From Bacillota bacterium (lineage in GTDB: Bacteria; Bacillota; Clostridia; Acetivibrionales; DTU013): 32,000 nucleotides of DNA. The position numbers were made by a program, and so were the translations under genes. The stretch covers positions 1 to 32,000 of the forward strand of contig JAEXNT010000076.1 in assembly GCA_023439545.1 (NCBI GenBank), read 5' to 3'. The notes below the pieces were generated by a model. That model worked only from the letters and a program-made list of their open reading frames with translations. It searched no databases and was not told where the DNA came from. This document shows positions 7,980 through 17,270 of this stretch, piece by piece (position 1 is the first letter of the stretch; each line of letters begins with the position of its first letter).

Positions 7980-9389
7980 TTGGACACAAGAGAAAAAACA
8001 TTCGTCTCAGAGGATGAAATGACACGGCAGGAAGCATTCATGCATTCCGTGCGGGAATTGAATCCCGGGGGCTCAAAAAAATATTCGATAAATACGTACG
8101 GCTGCCAGATGAACGAGAATGATTCCGAAAAGCTGGCAGGGATGCTTGAAGCGATGGGATACAGGCAGACCGACCAGCTCGAGGATAGCGACCTGATACT
8201 TTTCAACACCTGCTGTGTCAGGGAAAATGCCGAACTGAAGGTTTACGGCCACCTGGGGTCGCTGAAGAAGCTGAAGGAGCGCAAACCCGATATGGTCATT
8301 GCTCTATGTGGCTGTATGATGCAGCAGGAGGCCATTGTTGACCATATCATCAGCAAATACAGGCATGTGGACCTCATATTCGGAACACACAATCTGCATA
8401 GATTCCCGGAATTACTGTATAAGGCGCTCAATTCCGAAAAAGCAGTTGCCGACGTCGGAAGTTCCGAGGGTTATATAGCCGAAGGCGTGCCGATACGGCG
8501 CGAGAACGGAATAAAAGCCTGGCTCACCATAATGTACGGCTGTAACAATTTCTGTTCCTACTGCATAGTTCCCTATGTCAGAGGAAGGGAGAGGAGCAGG
8601 AGAGAGCGCGATATAATCGACGAGGCAAAAATGCTGGGGCATCAGGGCTACAAGGAGATAACGCTGCTCGGGCAGAACGTCAACTCCTACGGAAAGGATC
8701 TGAAGGACGACAGCAGCTTTGCAAGCCTGCTGAGAAGCCTGGAGGACGCGGACGGCATAGAAAGGATCAGGTTTATGACGTCCCATCCCAAGGATCTCTC
8801 GGATGAACTTATCCTTGCTATGAGGGACTGCAAAAAGGTTTGCGAACACCTGCACCTTCCGGTGCAAGCCGGCAGTGACGCCATATTGAAGGAAATGAAC
8901 CGCAGATATACGCGCGAACACTATTTCGGGCTGGTAGATAAAATAAGGGAGCAGATCCCGGATATTTCACTGACAACGGATATAATCGTAGGCTATCCCG
9001 GCGAAACGGACGCAGACTTTGAACAGACGCTCGATCTTATCGAAAGGGTAAGGTTCGACTACGTTTATACCTTCCTATATTCCAGACGGACCGGCACTCC
9101 GGCGGCGAAAAAGGAGGAACAGGTCGGCGAAGATGTAATGAAGAAGAGGTTCGATGCGCTGCTGGAGCTTCAGAACGGAATAGGCCGGGAGATAAACGAA
9201 CGGATGGCCGGAAGCATAGAGCAAATACTTGTCGAAGGCACGAGCAAGAACAATATAAATATGCTCACGGGAAGAACCAGAACCAATAAAATAGTCAATT
9301 TCAAGGGCAGAACCGAGCTGATCGGGAGGTTGGCGGACGTAAGGATCGAAAAGGCAGGCACCTGGTCGATGGAAGGCAGTTTGGTATAA
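7980..9389 (+). CDS. miaB: tRNA-i6A37 methylthiotransferase MiaB
   Basis: N-terminal TYGCQMN. Radical-SAM CNNFCSYCIVP (CxxxCxxC). C-terminal TRAM-like region. TTG start 11 nt after GGAGG. Has an N-terminal extension of about 35 aa relative to the usual MiaB start. Confidence 0.9.
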   Translation: MDTREKTFVSEDEMTRQEAFMHSVRELNPGGSKKYSINTYGCQMNENDSEKLAGMLEAMGYRQTDQLEDSDLILFNTCCVRENAELKVYGHLGSLKKLKERKPDMVIALCGCMMQQEAIVDHIISKYRHVDLIFGTHNLHRFPELLYKALNSEKAVADVGSSEGYIAEGVPIRRENGIKAWLTIMYGCNNFCSYCIVPYVRGRERSRRERDIIDEAKMLGHQGYKEITLLGQNVNSYGKDLKDDSSFASLLRSLEDADGIERIRFMTSHPKDLSDELILAMRDCKKVCEHLHLPVQAGSDAILKEMNRRYTREHYFGLVDKIREQIPDISLTTDIIVGYPGETDADFEQTLDLIERVRFDYVYTFLYSRRTGTPAAKKEEQVGEDVMKKRFDALLELQNGIGREINERMAGSIEQILVEGTSKNNINMLTGRTRTNKIVNFKGRTELIGRLADVRIEKAGTWSMEGSLV

Positions 9390-9539
9390 CTAGACCAGGC
9401 GGTTATTATAGCAGACTGGTATGATAACCATTACAGTATGGCGTCAAGGCAGGCGCGGTAACAAAGCAGAAGTATGAACCATTGACGGTTATGGCATTAA
9501 AGCAGGTACAATATATGAAAACATGGGAGGTTTATATAA

Positions 9540-9932
9540 ATGAGCGTTTTAGAGAAGGCAAGAGAACTGGGAGAGCTTCTGGCGGAGTCCGAACAGCTTA
9601 AAAGATTGAACAGCACACAGGCCGCGCTGGAGAGCGATGAACGCGGAATGGCGCTGATGGAGGACTACAGGCTTCTTCAGGTGGAACTGATCAAGGCAGC
9701 TAAAGAAAATGACAGTGAAGTTAAGGTCAACGACATCAAGGAGATGCTAATAGCTAAACAAAGAGAGTTAGACGATTACAAGCCGACTTCCGGATATATC
9801 GAAGCAAAGAACGATTTCGACGAGCTTATGAAAAATGTCAACGACGTCATTACGTTCGCGATAACAGGCGAAGCATGCTCCCCTTCGAAATGCGCTTCCT
9901 GCGGAGGAGGCTGCGGCGGCGCACACTCATAA
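9540..9932 (+). CDS. YmcA/YlbF-family (Ric-complex-like) regulator with a Cys-rich C-terminus
   Basis: 130-aa helical protein (LEKARELGELLAESEQ...MEDYRLLQ) typical of the Com_YlbF family. Its position between miaB and mutS mirrors B. subtilis ymcB(miaB)-ymcA. The C-terminus reads CSPSKCASCGGGCGG. Confidence 0.7.
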   Translation: MSVLEKARELGELLAESEQLKRLNSTQAALESDERGMALMEDYRLLQVELIKAAKENDSEVKVNDIKEMLIAKQRELDDYKPTSGYIEAKNDFDELMKNVNDVITFAITGEACSPSKCASCGGGCGGAHS

Positions 9933-10012
9933 GCGCCGGATGTTACAGGCCCAAAGCCGGTAAAGATATAACGAGTGCGTAATAAACAATCAAATTAAGC
10001 GAGGTCGCAAAA

Positions 10013-12628
10013 ATGCCCGTTACACCTATGATGCAGCAGTATCTGGATATGAAGGAGCAACACAAGGATTGTATCCTTATGTTCAGGCTGGGTGACTTTT
10101 TTGAGATGTTTTTTCAAGATGCCGAGATAGCATCGAGAGAGCTTGATATCACACTGACCGGCAGGGATTGCGGCCTCGAGGAGCGCGCCCCCATGTGCGG
10201 AGTGCCTTTCCATGCCGTGGACGGGTACATTTCAAGGCTGATAACAAAGGGCTACAAGGTCGCCATATGCGAACAAATGGAAGATCCGGCACTTGCCAAG
10301 GGGATCGTAAAAAGGGAAGTAATACGCGTCGTAACGCCAGGTACCGTCACCGATACCGCAATGCTCGATGAAAAAAAGAACAATTTCCTTGTCTCTGTTT
10401 ATTCCAAAGGCTATATGTACGGGTTTGCCGTCGTCGACGTATCTACGGGCGAATTCTCGACCACGAGGATAACCTGGGGCAATACCTTCAACAAGCTCCT
10501 CGATGAGATCGCTAAATACGGGCCTGCCGAAATCATTGCGAATAGGGCGTTTTATGACTCGGAGTCGTTTGCGGGACAGCTCAGGAAACGTTTCAACACA
10601 TATATTTCACCTCTTGATGATCAGTATTTTGACGAAAACAATTCTTCTGAAATACTTGAAAACAGGCTTGGCGCCGGCGCCCTGCCGCAGGACTGGCAGG
10701 AGCTCTGCATAAATGCCTGCGGAGCGCTCATGGCTTACCTTGAGCAGACCGAGAAGGCCGGGCTCGAGCATATACAGAAAATAACGCCTTACAAAATAGA
10801 AGAATTCATGGTATTGGACATAGCTACAAGGCGGAATCTCGAACTGACCGAAACGATGAGGGAAAAGAACAGGAAAGGCACGCTTTTGTGGGTGCTTGAC
10901 AGGACGATGACTTCGATGGGCGCAAGGGCGCTTCGAAGATGGGTGGAGCAGCCTCTTGTGAAAACGGGCGACATCGATGAGCGCCTGGAGTCTGTCGACG
11001 AATTGAAGGAAAAATTCATGGTACGCATGGAGCTTCGTGAGCTCTTCAGGAGGGTTCATGATATAGAGAGGCTGATAGGCAAGGTAGTACTTGGCAGCGC
11101 AAACTGCAGGGACCTGATAGCGCTCAGGAATTCCCTGCAGCAGATACCTTATATAAAAAATATACTGAAGTCCTGCTCCTCTTCTCTGGTGTCTGCGAAC
11201 GACAATAATATAGACTCTTTGGAGGACATAGCCGGGCTCATAGATAGTTCGATCGTCGATGAACCTCCCGTTTCGGTAAGGGATGGAGGTTTAATAAAAC
11301 CCGGGTACGACGAAGAAGTGGACAGGCTCAGGCATGCCACCACAGACGGCAAACAGTGGATCGCGTCGCTGGAAGCGGCCGAGAGGGAAAAGACCGGGAT
11401 CAAGAGCCTAAAGATAGGCTACACCAAGGTTTTCGGCTATTATCTCGAAGTGACCAAATCATATTACAATCTGGTCCCGCAGGAGTATATAAGGAAGCAG
11501 ACGCTTGCAAACTGCGAGAGGTTCGTGACGCAGGAGCTCAAGGAGATGGAGGAAACCATACTTGGAGCCGAGGGCAAGGTCGTAGAGCTCGAATATGCCT
11601 TGTTTACGGAAATAAGGGAAAAGATAGCGTCGCAGGTCGGCAGGATAAAGGCTGCCGCAGCCGGAATCGCCGAGCTTGACGTACTTTGTTCGCTCGCGGA
11701 GGTTGCGGACAGGGAAAATTACTGCAGGCCCGCCGTTAATGACGAGGGCTTGATAAATATATCGGGCGGACGGCACCCTGTAGTCGAGAAAATGCTGGAA
11801 CAGGGAGAGTTCGTGCCGAACGATACGCTGCTTGACATGGATGAAAACAGGCTCTCCATTATCACCGGGCCGAATATGGCCGGCAAATCAACTTATATGA
11901 GGCAGGTAGCGCTTATAGTGCTCATGGCGCAGGTCGGAAGCTTCGTCCCTGCGGTGTCGGCTGTTATAGGCGTAACGGACAGGATATTTACGAGAGTTGG
12001 CGCATCCGACGATCTGGCGGCGGGTCAGAGCACCTTTATGGTGGAAATGTCGGAGGTTGCAGGCATACTTGAGAATGCGACCCGTAGAAGCCTGCTCGTG
12101 CTTGACGAGATAGGCAGGGGGACAAGCACATTTGACGGACTTAGCATTGCGTGGTCTGTCATAGAATACATATCTGACCGGGAAAAGGTCGGAAGCAGGA
12201 CGCTTTTTGCGACGCATTACCATGAACTGACCGAGCTCGAAGGAAAGATAACAGGCATCAAGAATTATTGCATTGCCGTTAAGGAAAAGGGCGATGATAT
12301 AATTTTCCTAAGAAAAATAATACGCGGAGGCGCCGACGGCAGTTACGGCATACAGGTTGCGAAGCTTGCAGGGGTCCCGCAGATTGTGACGGACAGGGCC
12401 AAGGAACTGCTAAAGGAGCTGGAAGCCGCAGATATCAGCAAACACAGGGCACGGCGGAGGATCGTTCCGCTGGACGGCCAGGTGGAGCTTTTCATCCCGA
12501 ACGAAAATGATGAAAAAGCCGGAAAAGAAGTGCTCGAGGAGCTGAAAGCCATAGATGTGTCCGAAATGACGCCGCTTGACGCAATGAACGTTTTGTACAG
12601 GCTGCAGCTCAAAGCGAGGAAGGGTTGA
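10013..12628 (+). CDS. mutS: DNA mismatch repair protein MutS
   Basis: 871 aa. N-terminal TPMMQQYLDMK. Walker A GPNMAGKST. LVLDEIGRGTSTFDG. FATHYHEL. Confidence 0.97.
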   Translation: MPVTPMMQQYLDMKEQHKDCILMFRLGDFFEMFFQDAEIASRELDITLTGRDCGLEERAPMCGVPFHAVDGYISRLITKGYKVAICEQMEDPALAKGIVKREVIRVVTPGTVTDTAMLDEKKNNFLVSVYSKGYMYGFAVVDVSTGEFSTTRITWGNTFNKLLDEIAKYGPAEIIANRAFYDSESFAGQLRKRFNTYISPLDDQYFDENNSSEILENRLGAGALPQDWQELCINACGALMAYLEQTEKAGLEHIQKITPYKIEEFMVLDIATRRNLELTETMREKNRKGTLLWVLDRTMTSMGARALRRWVEQPLVKTGDIDERLESVDELKEKFMVRMELRELFRRVHDIERLIGKVVLGSANCRDLIALRNSLQQIPYIKNILKSCSSSLVSANDNNIDSLEDIAGLIDSSIVDEPPVSVRDGGLIKPGYDEEVDRLRHATTDGKQWIASLEAAEREKTGIKSLKIGYTKVFGYYLEVTKSYYNLVPQEYIRKQTLANCERFVTQELKEMEETILGAEGKVVELEYALFTEIREKIASQVGRIKAAAAGIAELDVLCSLAEVADRENYCRPAVNDEGLINISGGRHPVVEKMLEQGEFVPNDTLLDMDENRLSIITGPNMAGKSTYMRQVALIVLMAQVGSFVPAVSAVIGVTDRIFTRVGASDDLAAGQSTFMVEMSEVAGILENATRRSLLVLDEIGRGTSTFDGLSIAWSVIEYISDREKVGSRTLFATHYHELTELEGKITGIKNYCIAVKEKGDDIIFLRKIIRGGADGSYGIQVAKLAGVPQIVTDRAKELLKELEAADISKHRARRRIVPLDGQVELFIPNENDEKAGKEVLEELKAIDVSEMTPLDAMNVLYRLQLKARKG

Positions 12629-12630
12629 GA

Positions 12631-14769
12631 ATGGGAAAGATAATTATTCTCGATGAGAATACCGCCAACAAGATCGCAGCCGGCGAGGTCATAGAAAAGC
12701 CTGCTTCAGTAATAAAGGAACTGGTCGAGAATTCGATAGATGCGGGCGCCACGAATATAAGCGTTGAGATCCGGAACGGCGGCATTTCATTTATACGCGT
12801 CACTGACAACGGCAGCGGCCTCGAGGAGGATGACGTCGAGATTGCCTTCGAGAGACATGCCACAAGTAAAATAAGAAGGGCCGACGACCTGGAATACATA
12901 AAGAGCATGGGCTTTCGAGGAGAGGCGCTGGCAAGCATCGCTGCGGTTTCCGAAGTTCAGCTTACGACAAGGGTCAGGGACGCCGTACAGGGGGTCTCCA
13001 TAGAAGTAAGGGGCGGCGCCGTTACAGGAATAAAACCTGCCGGTTGTCCTGTCGGTACGACTATTACCGTGAAGGAGCTTTTTTTCAACACTCCGGCCAG
13101 ATACAAGTTTCTAAAGAAGGATTCGACGGAAGCGGCTTACGTAACGGATATCATAAGCAGGATAGCGCTTGGCTACCCGGATATTTCCATAAAGCTTACG
13201 AGCAACGGTACTGCGGTACTTCACACACCCGGCAACGGAGATCTGAAAAGCGTTATCTTCAGCATATACGGTTCGGAGACCTCAAAACGCCTGCTCAAGG
13301 TCGATCACAAGGATGAGCATGTTAAAATAGCAGGTTGTGTCGGAGGGGCGGAGATGGCTCGCTCCAACCGCAGCCAGCAATTATTCTACATAAACGGCAG
13401 AACTATAAGGAGCAAGACGATAACCTCGGCGTTGGATGCAGCTTATGCGACATACCTGATGAAAAACAAATACGCCTTCGCAGTGCTGGACATACGTATA
13501 AATCCGGCATCGGTGGATGTAAATGTGCATCCTTCGAAGATGGAGGTCAAATTCTCCAATGAACAGGATATTTACAGGGCCGTATACCATGCTGTCAACG
13601 GCGCGCTGCTTTCACAGTCCTCTATCAGGACGCTGCCCTCCTATTTCACGAGGGCTACCGGAGAGGATACGGCTGTAACGCCGGCAAGATCCGGGGGCGC
13701 CGGAAAATCGCCATATCACCTGAATAAAGAGCTGAAGGGCGGACCTGCTTATTCGCAGCAGGACTTCGAGTGGGTGCGCAAGGAACTGGAACGGAAGAGG
13801 ACGGAGGCAGTTTCGGGCACTCCGGGAAATGAAGGCCGGGATTTGTCCGGCGATCATGGAAATAAAGACCGGGATTTTACAGGCGGTCTGGGGATGGAAA
13901 GCCATTATTCAGCCGACAGCGGAGAAACCGAAAGCAGGCAAATAACTGAGCGGGATATCGGAGGTAATGAGGAAGTACTCCGGAAGACAGCGGATCTGAA
14001 AGCAACAGATTGGAAAGCAGCGGACCAAGTGACACGCGATTCGAAGGAGAGCCGGTCGCAAAGTATTTACGCGATCAATGTAGAAAAGGCTCCGTTTGTG
14101 GCCGAGTCCGGGCCGGCAGACGTTATCCGGGCTGCTTCCGACGTTACTGATATAGAGCCCGGAAAAGACAAGCGATCCAACCTTGATATTTTCAGTAATA
14201 CAAGGGTGGTCGGGCAGGTTTTTTCAACATACATAATACTCGAGGGAACGGATGAATTGTTTCTGCTCGACCAACACGCGGCGCACGAACGTATCCGGTA
14301 TGAGGAACTAAAGAGAGCGTGGTCGAAAAACGAACAGTTTTCGCAGCTGCTAATTTCCGTTATCAACATTGAACTGTCAGCCGCCGAGTATCAGTTCGCG
14401 GTTTCGGAAATACCTTTCTTTACAAGGCTCGGCTTTACGTACGAAAGCTTCGGAAGCAATTCCATAATATTGCGTTCGGTTCCGTTCATGGATCAAAGTG
14501 TCAATATCACAGAGCTATTTACAGAAATTCTCGATTTCGTGATGAACGGGAGCAATCCGGACAAAAGTCTGACAGCCGACGAAGCGCTGTACCGGATGGC
14601 CTGCAAATCGGCAGTCAAAGCGAACAAAAAGCTTGACGTAAAGGAAATAGACGCGCTGCTTGAAAAGCTTGCAAGTCTTGAGAACCCCTTTACCTGTCCT
14701 CACGGGCGTCCGGCGATTCTGCGACTGAGACGGTATGATTTGGAAAAATTGTTCAAAAGGATAGTATAA
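12631..14769 (+). CDS. mutL: DNA mismatch repair protein MutL
   Basis: GHKL ATPase motifs (IAAGEVIE, ELVENSIDAG). C-terminal DQHAAHERI and FTCPHGRP. The ATG at 12631 sits about 7 nt after GAGGAAGGG; the track start at 12625 is a TTG overlapping the mutS stop. A long low-complexity linker spans roughly 13620-14200. Confidence 0.95.
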   Translation: MGKIIILDENTANKIAAGEVIEKPASVIKELVENSIDAGATNISVEIRNGGISFIRVTDNGSGLEEDDVEIAFERHATSKIRRADDLEYIKSMGFRGEALASIAAVSEVQLTTRVRDAVQGVSIEVRGGAVTGIKPAGCPVGTTITVKELFFNTPARYKFLKKDSTEAAYVTDIISRIALGYPDISIKLTSNGTAVLHTPGNGDLKSVIFSIYGSETSKRLLKVDHKDEHVKIAGCVGGAEMARSNRSQQLFYINGRTIRSKTITSALDAAYATYLMKNKYAFAVLDIRINPASVDVNVHPSKMEVKFSNEQDIYRAVYHAVNGALLSQSSIRTLPSYFTRATGEDTAVTPARSGGAGKSPYHLNKELKGGPAYSQQDFEWVRKELERKRTEAVSGTPGNEGRDLSGDHGNKDRDFTGGLGMESHYSADSGETESRQITERDIGGNEEVLRKTADLKATDWKAADQVTRDSKESRSQSIYAINVEKAPFVAESGPADVIRAASDVTDIEPGKDKRSNLDIFSNTRVVGQVFSTYIILEGTDELFLLDQHAAHERIRYEELKRAWSKNEQFSQLLISVINIELSAAEYQFAVSEIPFFTRLGFTYESFGSNSIILRSVPFMDQSVNITELFTEILDFVMNGSNPDKSLTADEALYRMACKSAVKANKKLDVKEIDALLEKLASLENPFTCPHGRPAILRLRRYDLEKLFKRIV

Positions 14770-14823
14770 ATATATAACCGCTGGGTACAATTGGTAGGTA
14801 GAAAGGGGGCATAGTTTAATTTA

Positions 14824-15768
14824 ATGGAGCCTGTAATAGTTATCGCAGGCCCGACAGCATCAGGAAAAACGAAGTTGTCGATCGAGCTTGCAAAAAAAAT
14901 AGGCGGCAGCATAGTTTCCGCAGACTCGATGCAGATATACAGGTACATGGATATCGGCACTGCAAAACCGGATGCAAAAGAAATGTCGGGCATCAGGCAT
15001 TATATGCTGGACGAAGTCGATCCCGACGAGAATTTCAGCGTTGCAAGATACCGTGAATGCGCGCTCGGTTATATTTCCAAGATAGTAAATGAAGGTAAGC
15101 GCCCCATCGTTGCAGGTGGAACAGGTCTTTACATCAATTCCCTTATCTATAACATCAATTTTTCAGAGACGATTTGCGATGAAGATTTGAGGGAAGCCCT
15201 CAGGAACGAGGCGCAGGAAAAGGGTAACAGGGCAATATATGATAAGCTTTTGAGAATAGATCCCGAAGCAGCTTCAAGGATACATGAAAACGATACTAAA
15301 AGAATAATCAGGGCGATCGAAGTCTACGAACATACAAAAAAAACGATTTCAGAGCACGTAAAGGAATCCAGGCAGGAGCCGCCGCCTTACAGGTACATTA
15401 TATTCGGTCTCGATTGGGACAGGGAAAAGCTGTACGCGAGGATTGAAAAAAGGATAGAAAAAATGCTCGAGAACGGACTGGTGGATGAAGTCAGGAGACT
15501 CGCGGGCATGGGGTATGACAAAGGCGGAACTGCAATGCAGGGAATAGGCTACAAAGAGGTCCTCGAATACCTTAAAGGAAACAGGACACTTGAAGAGACG
15601 GAATATATACTCAAACGCGATACAAGACATTATGCCAAACGTCAAATGACGTGGTTCCGCAGGATCGAAGGTATCAACTGGTTAAAAGTGGATGAGAACA
15701 GCGATTTTGGGGAGTTGTCCGAAAAAATTATTCGTGAGTGTATTGCAACATATGGAATAATCTTGTAA
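14824..15768 (+). CDS. miaA: tRNA dimethylallyltransferase MiaA
   Basis: P-loop GPTASGKT, DSMQIYRYMDIGTAKP, and KRQMTWFRR near the C-terminus. Confidence 0.95.
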   Translation: MEPVIVIAGPTASGKTKLSIELAKKIGGSIVSADSMQIYRYMDIGTAKPDAKEMSGIRHYMLDEVDPDENFSVARYRECALGYISKIVNEGKRPIVAGGTGLYINSLIYNINFSETICDEDLREALRNEAQEKGNRAIYDKLLRIDPEAASRIHENDTKRIIRAIEVYEHTKKTISEHVKESRQEPPPYRYIIFGLDWDREKLYARIEKRIEKMLENGLVDEVRRLAGMGYDKGGTAMQGIGYKEVLEYLKGNRTLEETEYILKRDTRHYAKRQMTWFRRIEGINWLKVDENSDFGELSEKIIRECIATYGIIL

Positions 15769-15827
15769 AATTAAACTGATTCTTGATTTAATTAAATTAA
15801 GAAGAATACTTTAAGGAGGATTATCAA

Positions 15828-16070
15828 GTGAACAAGGCTAATATCAATTTGCAGGATGTATTTTTGAACCAGGTGAGGAAGGAACATATTGCGGTCACTA
15901 TTTACCTTACCAATGGTTTTCAGCTTAAAGGAATGGTAAAGGGATTTGATAATTTCACTGTTGTACTGGACACGGACGGTAAGCAGCAGTTGGTATATAA
16001 GCACGCAATCTCGACCATAAGCCCTATGAAAATGGTCAATTTCATTTTCAACGACAGCGCAAAGGAATAA
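15828..16070 (+). CDS. hfq: RNA chaperone Hfq
   Basis: Sm1/Sm2 motifs: [37 protein letters not shown]......[14 protein letters not shown] start 8 nt after AAGGAGGA. Follows miaA as in many Firmicutes. Confidence 0.95.
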   Translation: MNKANINLQDVFLNQVRKEHIAVTIYLTNGFQLKGMVKGFDNFTVVLDTDGKQQLVYKHAISTISPMKMVNFIFNDSAKE

Positions 16071-16099
16071 CGATTACATAATAACCGAGCAAAAAAAGA

Positions 16100-16131
16100 A
16101 ACTTAGGAAGCAACAGCATCCTGAGTTTTTT
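16100..16131. terminator. Bidirectional intrinsic terminator shared by hfq (+) and lexA (-)
   Basis: 9-bp stem AACUUAGGA/UCCUGAGUU (one G-U pair) with a 10-nt loop. Flanked by an A7 run upstream and a T6 run downstream, so it reads as a hairpin plus U-tract on both strands. Confidence 0.75.
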
Positions 16132-16159
16132 GAATGGAAAAATTTATTCAGCAAGCTTG

Positions 16160-16810
16160 CTACATCTTCCTGAAAACGCCTATGACTTTACCGAGGATTG
16201 TGAGATTTTCACGTACGATTATCGGGTCCATGTATTGATTCTGAGGCTGAAGCCTAACGTAACCCTTTTCCTTGTAAAAAGTTTTAACAGTCGCTTCGTC
16301 ATTGATCATAGCCACTACGATATCACCGTTATTTGCTGTCGACTGCTGTCTGACAAGCACCATGTCCCTATCCAGTATTCCCGCCTCCACCATGCTGTCT
16401 CCCTGGACCTTAAGCATGAAAGCGGTGGAATTCTGAACGAAATCAACGGGAAGAGGGAATGTGTCTTCTATATTTTCAACCGCCAAAATGGGCTGCCCGG
16501 CTGTGACCTTGCCCACGATAGGTATATCTACGAGTTCTTTTCTTGAATAATAGTCCTTGGGTTCACTGTGCTCCCTGATATAGGTTTTTTTGTTGCTGCC
16601 GATGACCCTGAGGGCTCTGGGCTTTGTGGGATCCTTCAGTATGAGCCCGCTCTTTTCCAATTTTTCGAGGTAGCCATGAACGGTAGAGGTGGATTTGAAA
16701 CCTACAGCGCTGCATATTTCACGTACAGACGGCGGATAGCCCTTTTCTTCGACCTGGCTGTTCACAAAATCAAGAATTTGCTGCTGTTTATCATTTAGCT
16801 TCTTGTTCAT
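16160..16810 (-). CDS. lexA: LexA repressor (SOS regulator, S24 autopeptidase)
   Basis: 216 aa. Winged-helix N-terminus (ILDFV...GYPPSVREI...[16 protein letters not shown]). Ala-Gly cleavage site in VTAGQP. GDSM Ser nucleophile and VKTF Lys. Confidence 0.97.
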   Translation of the reverse strand: MNKKLNDKQQQILDFVNSQVEEKGYPPSVREICSAVGFKSTSTVHGYLEKLEKSGLILKDPTKPRALRVIGSNKKTYIREHSEPKDYYSRKELVDIPIVGKVTAGQPILAVENIEDTFPLPVDFVQNSTAFMLKVQGDSMVEAGILDRDMVLVRQQSTANNGDIVVAMINDEATVKTFYKEKGYVRLQPQNQYMDPIIVRENLTILGKVIGVFRKM

Positions 16811-16861
16811 TCGCTACACCCCTTTGTAAAACTGGAACATCTAATAATTTTTGCTAAATTC

Positions 16862-16901
16862 ATTATATTAAATAAACTAATAAAAGTCAAACAAATGTTC
16901 G
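16862..16901 (-). promoter_or_regulatory. lexA promoter with an overlapping Cheo-type LexA box
   Basis: On the minus strand: TTGACT (16890-16885), 17-nt spacer, TATAAT (16867-16862). Box CGAACATTTGTTT (16901-16889) abuts and overlaps the -35; it has one mismatch to GAAC-N4-GTTC. Confidence 0.7.
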
Positions 16902-16910
16902 AAAAATGTG

Positions 16911-16959
16911 TTGACAGGGGAACACCTGTTCGATTATAATGGTTACAGAACAAATGTTC
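16911..16959 (+). promoter_or_regulatory. SOS-controlled promoter of the LysM gene: consensus -35/-10 with two perfect LexA boxes
   Basis: TTGACA (16911-16916), 18-nt spacer, TATAAT (16935-16940). GAACACCTGTTC (16920-16931) lies inside the spacer. AGAACAAATGTTCT (16947-16960) covers the expected transcription start. Confidence 0.8.
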
Positions 16960-16973
16960 TGCAGGAGGTTTTT

Positions 16974-17258
16974 ATGAACAGGAAATTCAAATTGGTAAAT
17001 CGCAGGAGATTCTACATATTTGTAATGATGATCACTATTATTGTAACTTCACTGACGTTTGCAGCTACCGCGCAGGGAGCCGATACGGGCAATTCGTACC
17101 GGACGGTGGTAGTGGAACATGGAGATACGCTTTGGGACATTGCCGGTGAATACAACAACGGGCACGACCTGCGCGCTTATATAGATGAAGTTAAAAAAGC
17201 GAACAACATAGAAGGCAGCGCAATATTTGCGGGTGATGTCCTGAAAATGCCGGTTTGA
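16974..17258 (+). CDS. Small single-pass membrane LysM protein; YneA-like SOS cell-division inhibitor candidate
   Basis: The ATG at 16974 follows GGAGG by about 6 nt (the track ORF begins upstream at 16908). 94 aa: basic N-terminus, TM segment FYIFVMMITIIVTSLTFAATA, then a LysM domain (YRTVVVEHGDTLWDIAGEY...IFAGDVLKMP). Divergent from lexA with LexA boxes in its promoter. Confidence 0.75.
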   Translation: MNRKFKLVNRRRFYIFVMMITIIVTSLTFAATAQGADTGNSYRTVVVEHGDTLWDIAGEYNNGHDLRAYIDEVKKANNIEGSAIFAGDVLKMPV

Positions 17259-17270
17259 ATAGTATTGGAT

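Noticed and set aside
16130-16546. 138-aa + strand ORF overlapping lexA
   Set aside because: It is antisense to an unmistakable LexA coding sequence, and its start lies inside the shared terminator.
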